Shown piece after piece: positions 30,732 to 40,503 of a stretch of 64,000 bases of DNA. Source of the DNA: Gammaproteobacteria bacterium (lineage in GTDB: Bacteria; Pseudomonadota; Gammaproteobacteria; Eutrophobiales; Eutrophobiaceae). The notes under the pieces were generated by a model. That model was not told the origin of the DNA, did not search any database, and was given only the letters and a program-made list of their open reading frames with translations. Numbering within the stretch: position 1 is the first letter of the stretch; every line of letters begins with the position of its first letter. The stretch covers positions 1,728,001-1,792,000 of the forward strand of contig OZ244905.1 of assembly GCA_965221695.1 (NCBI GenBank). Reading direction: 5' to 3'. A program made the position numbers and the translations under genes.

Positions 30732-33089
30732 TCAAAAATTCCAGCGCGCCTGCAGGTAGAGCTGCCGTCCCGGGCGCAGGATGTACATGTGCGCGCCGGC
30801 GAATGGCGCCAGGTTGTTGGTCACTGAATCGGCGGAATACGTCGCGATCCGGTCTTCATCGCCGAGGTTCTTTGCCTGTACCGAGAGTTCCCAGCGTTCG
30901 CTGAGGGGTTCTAACGCCAGTCGTCCGTTCCATATCCAGTATGAATCCTGCGCGTCAAACGGGTCCCTGTCGATTTGGAAAAGTATATCGTCGGTAAAAT
31001 TACCGTTCACGTGCACTTTCAGCCGGTGGTCTGAACCGAGGGGCATGGTAAAGTCAGCAAACAGGTTCAGGGTCCACTCGGGCGCGAAAGGCAGGGCATC
31101 GCCGTCCAGTGTCTGTCCGACCAGGAAATTGCAGTCGCCTTGGTTTGGCGGGTTGGGGCAATCGACGCCGGTGAAATTGTCAAATTCGGCATCAAGATAA
31201 CCCACAGCGCCGCCTACCCTGAGCTGCTCGCTGATTAAAATCTGCCCGTCCAGTTCGACACCGACAGAGGTCACATTGGCGTTGTCAATGTCGAAACCGC
31301 CTCGCTGTGGGCTGAACGTGATTTGCTGCATATCGTCATATTCTGTATGAAACACTGCCAGGTTGAACTGGGCGCGGTTATCCAGCAGGGTTGCCTTGAT
31401 GCCCCCTTCCACGCTGCGGCCTTCTTCCTCTTCGTACGAAATATCTTCAGGCGCCAACGCGAACGGAGTCGTGATCGAGATCGGGAAGAAATTGTAGCCG
31501 CCGGCTTTACTGCCCTTGCCGTAGGAGATATATGCCATGAGGTTGTCGGTCATATCCCACTTCAGGTTGAAGGCATAATCCACGACTTCCTCACTGCGGC
31601 CCAGAGCATAGTCAGTCAACGGAGGTAACTGATCGCGTGGGGTATCTACACCTAAAAATACAGCACGCAAGTCCGGGTCTGCAGCCGGCCCGCCCAATTG
31701 GGATATCAGTTGGTATATATCTGAGGTAAAGTCTTTATCCTCTTCCGAATAACGAACCTGTGCCGTCGCGCTCAGACGGTCATTGATATTCAGGGTGACA
31801 GAACCAAAGATGGACCAGGTTTGGACTTCCTGGTCAAGATCGAAGACCTTGTTCATCACGGCTCCTGCCGGAAACAATGGGTTGGGCGGCAACACAAGTC
31901 CCAGGCCCTGTTCCAGATGTTCTTCGGAATCCAGATAAAATGCGCCGAGTATGTATTCCAGTTGCCCGCCTGTAGGAGAGGCAATACGCGCCTCCACACT
32001 GTATTGATCGAATTTGCCGTCCTTGGTCTTACCGTCCAGCAGACCGACCGAACTGAAGTCCGGCGAAACCTCTGTCTCGTTCAGGTTGTCAAAACGCGAA
32101 TAGCCGCCCAGCAGGGTAACAACATGGTCGCCAACATCCCAGTCGATATTCACCGAAGCGTTCATCGTGTCAATGGATTTGACCTGTGGGTTGTCATTGA
32201 ACAACGCATAAGGACCGGCCGCCGCCCCGTTGTCGCGCCGCCCGTCCCTAACGCATTCTGTGCTCCCAAACGGAGTCTGGATGAAATCTATCCCTTCCGT
32301 GGTGCATACCAGTTGCTCGTCGCGGCCGTCCGTATCCATTTCCGTGTATTCCAGTTTGGCGACAACATCAACCGTAGCGCTTGGCGCCCAGGTGATAACA
32401 CCGCGGATGGCCAGGTTTTCCACCTCGGGTTCGTCCCGGTTGAATCGGGTATTCCTCAAGTAACCACCATCCTCCTTGAAACGCATGGCCAGGCGCGCGC
32501 CAAGTTCGTCGCTCACTGGCCCGGACAATACGCCTTCGACCGAATATCCATCGTATTCCGCTTCATAACCGCCGCTCAGGTAGCCCTCGAATTCATCGCC
32601 GGGGCGCGCAGACACCACGCTGACCACACCACCGGTAGCATTTTTACCGAACAGAACCGCCTGCGGTCCCTTCACCAACTCTATCCGTTCGACATCGAAC
32701 ATGGGCGCTAGAAATTGTGTCGGTCGCCCGCCGTAGATGCCATCCGAGAACAATACCACCTGAGATTCAAAACCGCGGTTGCCGCCACTGGCGCCCAGGC
32801 CGCGCACCGCTACGATGGGTTGGAAGGGCGATGCCGAATACTGTACATTCGGCACCCTCTCAGAGAGGTCGGCTATCTGATAGATATTATTATCTAAGAC
32901 GAATTCCCCGCTGAATGCTTGTATCGCGATGGGGACATCAGTCAGCGATTGTTCGCGCTTCTGCGCGGTAACGATGACTTCCTCAAGGGTCGCGGAAAAC
33001 GCGGTATGGGTTGAGAATACAAGGAAGCCTGCCATACAAAGGCTGCAGAGCTTCCCGGCGGATGATATGGATTGCAAGCTGTTGCGCAT
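30732..33089 (-). CDS. TonB-dependent receptor
   Basis: LEEVIVTAQKREQSL, ELVKGPQ..LFGKNATGG, C-terminal RWNF. Start at ATG 33089 with GGGGA upstream. Confidence 0.93.
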   Translation of the reverse strand: MRNSLQSISSAGKLCSLCMAGFLVFSTHTAFSATLEEVIVTAQKREQSLTDVPIAIQAFSGEFVLDNNIYQIADLSERVPNVQYSASPFQPIVAVRGLGASGGNRGFESQVVLFSDGIYGGRPTQFLAPMFDVERIELVKGPQAVLFGKNATGGVVSVVSARPGDEFEGYLSGGYEAEYDGYSVEGVLSGPVSDELGARLAMRFKEDGGYLRNTRFNRDEPEVENLAIRGVITWAPSATVDVVAKLEYTEMDTDGRDEQLVCTTEGIDFIQTPFGSTECVRDGRRDNGAAAGPYALFNDNPQVKSIDTMNASVNIDWDVGDHVVTLLGGYSRFDNLNETEVSPDFSSVGLLDGKTKDGKFDQYSVEARIASPTGGQLEYILGAFYLDSEEHLEQGLGLVLPPNPLFPAGAVMNKVFDLDQEVQTWSIFGSVTLNINDRLSATAQVRYSEEDKDFTSDIYQLISQLGGPAADPDLRAVFLGVDTPRDQLPPLTDYALGRSEEVVDYAFNLKWDMTDNLMAYISYGKGSKAGGYNFFPISITTPFALAPEDISYEEEEGRSVEGGIKATLLDNRAQFNLAVFHTEYDDMQQITFSPQRGGFDIDNANVTSVGVELDGQILISEQLRVGGAVGYLDAEFDNFTGVDCPNPPNQGDCNFLVGQTLDGDALPFAPEWTLNLFADFTMPLGSDHRLKVHVNGNFTDDILFQIDRDPFDAQDSYWIWNGRLALEPLSERWELSVQAKNLGDEDRIATYSADSVTNNLAPFAGAHMYILRPGRQLYLQARWNF

Positions 33090-33122
33090 TCTAATTCCCC
33101 CGGAAGTTACGCTGTTATACGA

Positions 33123-33141
33123 TGTTGCATTTTCTGCAACA
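33123..33141. promoter_or_regulatory. Inverted repeat TGTTGCA-N5-TGCAACA upstream of the TonB-dependent receptor
   Basis: Seen directly; same half-site as at 11192 and 20497-20513. Confidence 0.45.
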
Positions 33142-33306
33142 AAAACCAGTTCATGTGTCATTATCCGGCTTCTGATATTTTATCCTTTGAATTAAATATG
33201 AAAGACTTGGATCTAACAAAGCCCTAACGTCCTACTCTACAGTCTGATCGTCCAATAATCACCTGACCATCGCTGAGGCTGTGGCATTTTCGATACACCC
33301 GTTTAA

Positions 33307-33335
33307 GGAACATCTTATATCAGGTCATGGTTTGC
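33307..33335. repeat. Degenerate copy of the short palindromic element
   Basis: ttaa|GGAACATCTTA-tatcagg-TCATGGTTTGC. Confidence 0.4.
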
Positions 33336-33339
33336 TTCG

Positions 33340-33813
33340 CTACGCGATGATCAGAAAAAATTGGAGCAGCAATACACTGACCATCGTGAACAGGCCGGTA
33401 TGGTGCAGGGCCGCCAGGCGCCCGGTGCCGGCGCGTACTTTGGCAATATCGCCGTCATAGGGAACCTCTGCAACGCCCCTGATGCGGGCGCGTAAGCGGG
33501 AAAACAGGTAAGTCATCATAACCAGGAAAAACCCCAGGATGATCAGCGATGGCCGGTCAAAATCCCGCTGCAAGGCTTGCAAGATCAGCAATACCAGGCC
33601 CGTAAGCGTCGTGGTGATCATAGTCGGCGGCAGTAATGGGATCAGGCGCTGCAGCGCTTCGTGAACAAACCGCGCATCCTTGTCGGCAGCTTTCTCACTC
33701 TCTGCATTGCGCATCAGCGACCACACTGGTTTTTCCAGGCAGGAGAGCACATAAAAGATCCCGCTTCCAAACGCAAAGCAAAATACAATCAGCGCAGCGA
33801 TAAGTTCATTCAT
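33340..33813 (-). CDS. Hypothetical membrane protein with four transmembrane segments
   Basis: Four hydrophobic segments; GGAGG ribosome-binding site upstream. Confidence 0.7.
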   Translation of the reverse strand: MNELIAALIVFCFAFGSGIFYVLSCLEKPVWSLMRNAESEKAADKDARFVHEALQRLIPLLPPTMITTTLTGLVLLILQALQRDFDRPSLIILGFFLVMMTYLFSRLRARIRGVAEVPYDGDIAKVRAGTGRLAALHHTGLFTMVSVLLLQFFLIIA

Positions 33814-33903
33814 GTCAGGCCTCCGGTAAAAAATGGTACTATAATTCTGAACAAATCATAGCTTTCTGAAAAATGAAAAACACGTAAAAAGCGAGGAACT
33901 GTC

Positions 33904-34491
33904 ATGGCAATTATCGAACCATTGCAACGCGAGCAGGCGCCGGAACTGGAAAATTACTTTGCGGTATGGGACGAGCGCATGGGCTACCTGCCGAATGCGC
34001 TGATGACCATGGCGCGCAAACCGAAGATGGTGCAGGCGCTGGCACAACTTTCCGAGGCTGTGCATAACGATTGCAGCCTCTCGCCTGATGTCAGGGGACT
34101 GGTTGGGCAGATGGCGAGCAAAGTACATGGCTGTAATTATTGTCTTGCCCACACTGCTGCCAACTCTGAACGCTATGGCGTTGACGTTGAAAAGATCGCG
34201 CGCATGTGGGAGTTCGAGACCTGCGACCTGTTCACTGATGCCGAGCGCGCAGCGCTGCGTTTTGCCGCGGCGTCTGCCTCGGTGCCCAACGCGGTCGATG
34301 AGGACCTGGCCGAAGACCTGAAACGTCATTTCAATGATACGGAAATTGTCGAGATCATGGGAGTTATCTGTTACTACGGCTGGTGGAACCGGTGGAACCC
34401 CTCACTGGCGACAGTGCTGGAAACGCATCCCCGGGAATTCGCCGAGCAACATCTTGACGCAACGAAATGGAATATCGGCCAGCATGGCTGA
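33904..34491 (+). CDS. AhpD/carboxymuconolactone decarboxylase family protein
   Basis: GYLPNAL, GCNYCLAH (CxxC), FTDAERAALRFA. Confidence 0.85.
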   Translation: MAIIEPLQREQAPELENYFAVWDERMGYLPNALMTMARKPKMVQALAQLSEAVHNDCSLSPDVRGLVGQMASKVHGCNYCLAHTAANSERYGVDVEKIARMWEFETCDLFTDAERAALRFAAASASVPNAVDEDLAEDLKRHFNDTEIVEIMGVICYYGWWNRWNPSLATVLETHPREFAEQHLDATKWNIGQHG

Positions 34492-34516
34492 TGGATCGTC
34501 AGCCGCGATAAATTGG

Positions 34517-34545
34517 GGAAACTCTGAGGTTTAATCAGAGCTTCC
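34517..34545. mobile_element. 29-bp ends-only palindromic element
   Basis: GGAAACTCTGA-ggtttaa-TCAGAGCTTCC|ttaa. Confidence 0.7.
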
Positions 34546-34598
34546 TTAACTGCTGAACTTCTGCTTGCATCGTAAGGATGGTCAGATAAACTCATACT

Positions 34599-35645
34599 TC
34601 ATGCAGCCGGCGCCGCGTTCTCTGTTTGAGTCATGTTTCTTTCGCGCCGGCGCAGCATTTTCTGCGTCAATTTCGGCGCCACCCCGGGGCGGCTGTACGG
34701 GCAGGTTGTAAGACAAATCGCACAAGCCTTGTTTTCCGTCATGTATGGCACGCACTTGTCGAAATCGACATACCAGCGATAAGTGCCGCGCACCCATTGC
34801 TTCTCATTGCTGATTGCGCCAGGTGGGCAATCTTCCACGCACTTCTGGCAACTCATGCAGAAATCATCCGAGGCAATATCGCGCGGCTGGTCCGGGACCA
34901 GGGGCGCATCTGTTACCACATCGGCAAGGCGAAACGCCGAACCAAGCTGGTCATTGATGATGGAACCATGTTTCCCCAGGTTGCCGAACCCGGCTTCAAT
35001 CGCATGCGGTAAAGTAAGAAACATTTCGCCCTTGGTGGTATCGAGTCCTCCATGCGCGGTTGCATTATAGCCCTGGCTGCGTAGCCAGTTGGCAACATCA
35101 AAAGCGGCTTTTTGCGAACGTTCATAACCGCCAATCACCTGTTCGATGGTGTGACTGAAATCCCGATCCAGGTTCAGGGCAAGTTTTTCATAATCCATCG
35201 CCCGACCGATGATAATTACCCAGGGATACGGGGGTTCTCCCGTGCCTTCGTAACGGTATTCAGGCTTGTATCGGGTCACTCCGACGATATCCACCTGCGG
35301 GTGTTGCAGCGCAAATTCCTTCATCTTCGAGGTAAATGCTTCAGGCGTTTCCTTACCCTGCGATTTTGCTATCGAGCGATGCCCAAAACGGGTGCGCATG
35401 CTGTGCCGAATCACAATTCCCAAGGTCTTCCAGCTAGCGAATATCGCGTTTACGTGAAACCAGTTCATGTATGTGCTCAAAGGATGTTTTGCGAACGGCA
35501 TAAAGGACGGGTCAGGACGCGAGACCTCCCGCTGGCCCAGGCGATTGACATCGTTGCCGGATAAATGCTCCGGCCACAACCAACGTCCGATCAAGGACTG
35601 CTGGAAATCATGTTTGCCGCGTTCTATACCTCTGAAAAGCCCCAT
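34599..35645 (-). CDS. Reductive dehalogenase/QueG-superfamily protein with two 4Fe-4S clusters (paralog 2)
   Basis: AIEAGFG.LGKHG.I....GS.FRL..V.TD.PL.PD; CMSCQKCVEDCP and C..CAICLTTCP. Confidence 0.8.
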   Translation of the reverse strand: MGLFRGIERGKHDFQQSLIGRWLWPEHLSGNDVNRLGQREVSRPDPSFMPFAKHPLSTYMNWFHVNAIFASWKTLGIVIRHSMRTRFGHRSIAKSQGKETPEAFTSKMKEFALQHPQVDIVGVTRYKPEYRYEGTGEPPYPWVIIIGRAMDYEKLALNLDRDFSHTIEQVIGGYERSQKAAFDVANWLRSQGYNATAHGGLDTTKGEMFLTLPHAIEAGFGNLGKHGSIINDQLGSAFRLADVVTDAPLVPDQPRDIASDDFCMSCQKCVEDCPPGAISNEKQWVRGTYRWYVDFDKCVPYMTENKACAICLTTCPYSRPGVAPKLTQKMLRRRERNMTQTENAAPAA

Positions 35646-35661
35646 GGGATACCTCCCAGCG

Positions 35662-36702
35662 CTATGCCGGCATGGATTGGCCCGGCGGGGTTTGCAGGCG
35701 CTCCTGCCGCTTTAACATCTTTTGAGTAAGCTTCGGCGCCACGCCCGGCCGACTGTAAGGACAGGTGGACAGGCAAATCGCACAGCCTTTCGTCTCCGTC
35801 ATAAACGGCGCGCACTTGTCAAAGTCCACGTACCAGCGCATCGCCCCGTTGACAACTTGTTTATCATTGGTGATTGCGCCAGGCGGGCAATCGGTCACAC
35901 ATTTCTGGCAACTGGCGCAAAAGTCTTCACTACCGATATCCTTGGGCGCATCCGCAATTAACGGTAGGTCGGTGAGTACACAAGACATACGAAACGCGGA
36001 ACCCAGTTCGTCGCTGATCAGCGACCCGTGTTTGCCGAGCGTGCCCAACCCGGCTTCTATCGCGGGCGGAATGGCAAGAAACATGTTTTCCGGCTTGAAC
36101 GTGAGCGTGCCGATGCCGCGCGCCTGCCAACCTTGGGAGCGAATCCAGTTGGCGAGATCGACTGCCGCCTTCTGCGTGCGCTCATAACCGCCGATGACTT
36201 CTTTCAGCGCATGATCAAAATTACGTTCGGTCAAGTTGCGTGACAGCTTGTCATAATCCATTCTGCGCGCAAGCATGATCACCCAGGGCAGTTCTGTCGT
36301 GGGGAACGTATCATAGTAGTATTCATCCCGCATCGGCGCCACGCCAACAGTTTCAATCTCGGGATGCGCGATAGCCACCTCCTTCATCCGCGCGGTAAAT
36401 TCTTCCGCGCTCCCACTGACACGTGTCGGACTGATACGCTTGTGGCCGAACAGTTCCCGAAACCAGTGAATCGTCCAGGACTTCAACGCGCCAAAATTGC
36501 CGAAGTAACAACGCAGCAAAAAATATATCATCAGAAATTTCCACGGATGCTGCACCGTGCCGTGGAACGGCGGATCCGGCCGCTTGGTGTCAGTAGCGCC
36601 GACCCGGTTGAAATCATTACCTGATGTTTCGGGGATCAACCAGCGCGAGATGGCGCCGGGGATATAGCCCCCATCAACTTCCCGACCGTGAAAAAGCCCC
36701 AT
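35662..36702 (-). CDS. Reductive dehalogenase/QueG-superfamily protein with two 4Fe-4S clusters (paralog 1)
   Basis: AIEAGLG.LGKHG, CASCQKCVTDCP, CAICLSTCP; collinear with its neighbour. Confidence 0.8.
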   Translation of the reverse strand: MGLFHGREVDGGYIPGAISRWLIPETSGNDFNRVGATDTKRPDPPFHGTVQHPWKFLMIYFLLRCYFGNFGALKSWTIHWFRELFGHKRISPTRVSGSAEEFTARMKEVAIAHPEIETVGVAPMRDEYYYDTFPTTELPWVIMLARRMDYDKLSRNLTERNFDHALKEVIGGYERTQKAAVDLANWIRSQGWQARGIGTLTFKPENMFLAIPPAIEAGLGTLGKHGSLISDELGSAFRMSCVLTDLPLIADAPKDIGSEDFCASCQKCVTDCPPGAITNDKQVVNGAMRWYVDFDKCAPFMTETKGCAICLSTCPYSRPGVAPKLTQKMLKRQERLQTPPGQSMPA

Positions 36703-36948
36703 CTGGTATTTACTTGATAGTAATGCTGGTTGATATGATATTTCAGATTAATTCCGACACCCGATTTGGATGAGCTATTCGGTCAGATTGACGCAATTGT
36801 TGATTGTCCTGTCATTCAGTTATCCGAAATCAAGTGTGACGACAGGTCAATCGTACTGCGAATTACTGGAATTTGCTGATCTAACAGTATCAGCAATAGG
36901 TTTATGCGTCCAATAATCTCCTTATAGTCTGAATACTGAAGCGTAGAG

Positions 36949-36978
36949 CATTCTCCCACAAAAATGGGAGTCCTGTCA
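36949..36978. repeat. Single REP-like hairpin related to the 21831/21891 units (possible qNor terminator)
   Basis: CATTCTCCCA-caaaaa-TGGGAGTCCTGTCA. Confidence 0.4.
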
Positions 36979-36986
36979 TACAAGAG

Positions 36987-39272
36987 TTACAGACTCTTGG
37001 TTTTGCCCAACTCCAGACGCACCAGGAAAATAAGGAGCAACAACGCGCCCAGCGCAAACACGACATCGCCCGGCACTCTCAGCCAGACCAGCGTTTCCAT
37101 CACTGGCGAATGCAGCAACTCGGGCGAACGCGCATGCCAGTAGCTCTGGTCGAACGAGACTATGGCCTGGATGATGCCTTGTGGCAGTAACGAACCGAAC
37201 ACCATCAGCGCCAGGCCGCCGTTGAACAACCAGAAAACCCAGCGAAGGATACGATCGGACCAGGCGTCTGCCGTTTGGGGCAGATCGCGCCGGCAAAGCA
37301 GCATCAGACCGATACCCAACATGCCGTAAACGCCAAACAGCGCGGCATGGCCATGAGCAGGCGTAGTCATCAGGCCCTGCAGGTAATAAAGTGACAGGGG
37401 CGGATTGATGAGAAAACCGAGCACGCCGGCGCCAACCAGATTCCAGAAAGCGACAGCCAGAAAAAACATCAACGGCAGGTGGTAACGGCTGACCCAGGGG
37501 GCGTGGCGTTCGGCTCGCCAATGATCATGGGCCTCGAAGGCGATTAAAGCCAACGGCACGACTTCAAGAGCCGAGAACACCGCGCCGAGCGCCAGCACGG
37601 CGGCGGGCGTGCCGGCAAAATACAGGTGATGGAAAGTGCCCAACACACCGCCACCCAGAAAAATCATTGCTGAGAACATCACATAAACCGCGGCGGTTTG
37701 TGGCCGCAACAACCGCATATAAACAAACACCCAAGCCACCCATGCGGTGGCAAACACCTCGAACACACCTTCCACCCAGAGATGCACTACCCACCAGCGC
37801 CAGTACTCGGCAATAGTCAGGTGAGTATCTTTTTCATACATCAAACCGGCGCCAAACAACAGGCCGATAGCAGCCGAGGAAAACAGCAGCAGTATGAGCA
37901 GATGCCGGTCTTCATCTCTCCGGTTAATCGCTGGAATAACGCAACGCGCCATCAGCGCCAGCCAGATGAGCAATCCGGCAAAAATGAGTATCTGCCAAAA
38001 GCGTCCCATATCCAGGAACTCGTAGCCTTGGTGACCGAACCAGTACACCAGAGTCGGATCAGTGAGCCGCCCGGTCAGAGCCAACCATTCGCCGACCAGG
38101 GAGCCAAGCGTTGCAATCACCAGCGCAGCCCAAAGAATGTCTACCCCCAACTTCTGACTGGGTGGCTCTATACCAGCGATTAAAGGCGCAAGATACAGTC
38201 CCGCGCCAAGCCAGGCCGTCGCAATCCAAAGCACCGCCAATTGAACATGCCAGGTGCGAGTCAACGCATACGGCGCGACATCCGCCAGCGGAAAGCCGTA
38301 AAACTCATGGCCTTCCACAGCATAATGCGCGGTAATGGCGCCCAGCACAATCTGTAAACCCAGCAAGGCCGCTACCACCCAGATGTATTTCACGACAGCT
38401 CGCATGGAGGCGGTAGGTTGAGCGGCGCTGATGGGACTGACTTCGTCCGCTCCGGCAAGCGGTTCGGTATCTTTACTCCATTCCTCGCGTTCTCTCAAAA
38501 AGAACCAACATAACGCGCCAATGCCCGCGATCAGCAATACGACGGAAATAAATGTCCAGATGAAAATAACCGCGTCGGGCTTGTTCCCCACCAGTGGCTC
38601 GTGAGGCCAGTTATTGGTATAGGAGACGTTATCATCCGGGCGCAAAGTCGCCGCGGCCCAGGCCGTCCACCACCACCATGACACCAGCGCGCGAATATCT
38701 TCATCCGGATTGGGCCCCAACGGTGAGTTCGGAATGGCAAAGGCCTCGCGCAACTTTTCCGCCTCAGGCCCGTCGCCAGCGCCGCCGAATAATGCCAGGT
38801 AATGGGGGATAATGGTCTCAATCGCCTGCGCTCTTTGCTGGGATATGATGATGCGATCCGTCTCCGAATCGTAGGTGTTGATGCGCAGGCGGGTGGCAAA
38901 TTCTGCAACCCGCGCGGCGCGCTCCGGTTCAGTCAGCAACGCGAAATCCCCATTGGCATCCAACATCGCCAGCGCTTCCCGATGCAGCACATCGGCCGTC
39001 CAGTCCGGCGCCAGGTAACTGCCGTGGCCCCACACTGAACCCAACTCCATACCACCCAGGCGCCGCCATACATCCCGTCCCCTATGGATGTCAGCCTCGG
39101 AAAATACCACGTTCGTTACGCCTTCGCTAATCGTTACAACCTGGTCAGGCATGGGAGGCGCCTGCTGGAACGCCCTGCCGCCGACAAACAGCAGGATGCT
39201 GAACATCAGGATCAGAGAAACAGCGAATAACGTCCAGAGTCTTCGGAAGGTAAAAATCTCGCGGTAGTTCAT
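36987..39272 (-). CDS. norZ: Quinol-dependent nitric oxide reductase (qNor)
   Basis: GSVWGHGSYLAPDWTAD, YTNNWP, WRWWVVHLWVEG.FE, GTFHHLY, HGHAALFGVYG, R.PGD; 761-aa single subunit. Confidence 0.95.
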   Translation of the reverse strand: MNYREIFTFRRLWTLFAVSLILMFSILLFVGGRAFQQAPPMPDQVVTISEGVTNVVFSEADIHRGRDVWRRLGGMELGSVWGHGSYLAPDWTADVLHREALAMLDANGDFALLTEPERAARVAEFATRLRINTYDSETDRIIISQQRAQAIETIIPHYLALFGGAGDGPEAEKLREAFAIPNSPLGPNPDEDIRALVSWWWWTAWAAATLRPDDNVSYTNNWPHEPLVGNKPDAVIFIWTFISVVLLIAGIGALCWFFLREREEWSKDTEPLAGADEVSPISAAQPTASMRAVVKYIWVVAALLGLQIVLGAITAHYAVEGHEFYGFPLADVAPYALTRTWHVQLAVLWIATAWLGAGLYLAPLIAGIEPPSQKLGVDILWAALVIATLGSLVGEWLALTGRLTDPTLVYWFGHQGYEFLDMGRFWQILIFAGLLIWLALMARCVIPAINRRDEDRHLLILLLFSSAAIGLLFGAGLMYEKDTHLTIAEYWRWWVVHLWVEGVFEVFATAWVAWVFVYMRLLRPQTAAVYVMFSAMIFLGGGVLGTFHHLYFAGTPAAVLALGAVFSALEVVPLALIAFEAHDHWRAERHAPWVSRYHLPLMFFLAVAFWNLVGAGVLGFLINPPLSLYYLQGLMTTPAHGHAALFGVYGMLGIGLMLLCRRDLPQTADAWSDRILRWVFWLFNGGLALMVFGSLLPQGIIQAIVSFDQSYWHARSPELLHSPVMETLVWLRVPGDVVFALGALLLLIFLVRLELGKTKSL

Positions 39273-39331
39273 GGCGTTACCTCGGTTTTGCCTGATTTCA
39301 GGATGATACTAACGATTATACTGACAATGAA

Positions 39332-39345
39332 TTGATGAAAGTCAA
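39332..39345. promoter_or_regulatory. FNR/DNR/NnrR-type box upstream of qNor
   Basis: TTGAT-gaaa-GTCAA, one mismatch to TTGAT-N4-ATCAA, centred about 30 bp upstream of a TATCAT -10 element (39308-39303, minus strand), matching class II geometry. Confidence 0.7.
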
Positions 39346-39367
39346 ATTTTACTCCGCATTATTCTCT

Positions 39368-39394
39368 GGAAGCTCTGACTTAATCAGAGTTTCC
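39368..39394. mobile_element. 27-bp ends-only palindromic element with CTCT duplication
   Basis: ctct|GGAAGCTCTGA-cttaa-TCAGAGTTTCC|ctct. Confidence 0.78.
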
Positions 39395-39612
39395 CTCTGT
39401 TGTAATAACGGGCTGAGCATACGGGCGAGACGCTCGCGAACCCGGGGAGAGGGGGATGACACACACCATTTCCTGGAAAACAGGGAGCGAACAATATTCG
39501 ATCCGACCCACACTCCCGTGCCTGTGGCGCCATACTGGCTTTTTCCAAGCAACTGCATTATCTTGTTTCACAATGGCGCGCTTCTTTTTTTATCAAAAAT
39601 AATCAGCTAACG

Positions 39613-40503
39613 ATGACGTTTCAACAATTGATTGTCGCCCTGCAACAGTTTTGGTCTGAGCAGGGCTGTGTCATACAACAACCCTATGATATGGAAGTTG
39701 GCGCCGGCACTTTTCATCCGGCCACTTTTCTGCGCGCGATCGGTCCGGAGCCCTGGAATACCGCATACGCGCAACCTTCCAGGCGTCCCGCGGATGGTCG
39801 TTATGGTGAAAATCCGAACCGTCTTCAGCGTTATTACCAGTTCCAGACACTGCTGAAGCCTTCGCCGCCTGATATCCAGGAACTCTACCTGGCTTCACTA
39901 CGACATCTCGGGATTGACACGCTGACCCATGACGTAAGATTCATCGAAGATAATTGGGAATCGCCCACCCTCGGCGCTTGGGGTCTGGGCTGGGAAGTGT
40001 GGCTGAACGGTATGGAGATCAGCCAGTTCACTTACTTTCAACAGGTTGGGGGATTGGAGTGCAGGCCGGTTTCAGGTGAAATTACCTACGGTCTGGAGCG
40101 AATCGCTGTGTACCTGCAGAATGTTGATAGCGTCTACGATCTGGTCTGGGTTAACGGGCAAGATGGCCCCGTGACCTATGGCGATATCCATCACCAGGAT
40201 GAAGTGGAATTGTCAACCTACAATTTCGAGAAGGCGGACACTCAAGCTTTGTTTCGCTGGTTTGATGAATGCGAGTCGCAATGCATGAAGCTGATTGAGG
40301 ATGACCTGCCCCTGCCCGCTTATGAACTGGTACTCAAGGCATCGCATATCTTCAATCTGCTGGATGCCAGACACGCTATCAGCGTGACCGAAAGGCAACG
40401 TTTCATACTCAGAGTCAGAACCACGGCGCGCGCGGTTGCGCGCAGTTATTTCGACAAGAGGGAAAAACTGGGATTTCCATTGTGCGCAAACAAGACTTAC
40501 TGA
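39613..40503 (+). CDS. glyQ: Glycine--tRNA ligase alpha subunit
   Basis: [49 protein letters not shown]. Confidence 0.98.
   Translation: MTFQQLIVALQQFWSEQGCVIQQPYDMEVGAGTFHPATFLRAIGPEPWNTAYAQPSRRPADGRYGENPNRLQRYYQFQTLLKPSPPDIQELYLASLRHLGIDTLTHDVRFIEDNWESPTLGAWGLGWEVWLNGMEISQFTYFQQVGGLECRPVSGEITYGLERIAVYLQNVDSVYDLVWVNGQDGPVTYGDIHHQDEVELSTYNFEKADTQALFRWFDECESQCMKLIEDDLPLPAYELVLKASHIFNLLDARHAISVTERQRFILRVRTTARAVARSYFDKREKLGFPLCANKTY

Noticed and set aside
33841-33870. Very degenerate copy of the short palindrome (ATAATTCTGA-acaaa-TCATAGCTTTC)
   Set aside because: Too many mismatches in AT-rich promoter DNA to distinguish from chance.
36987-39272. Nitric oxide dismutase (Nod) instead of qNor
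   Set aside because: All canonical His ligands, the catalytic Glu residues and the quinol-site His/Asp are retained.
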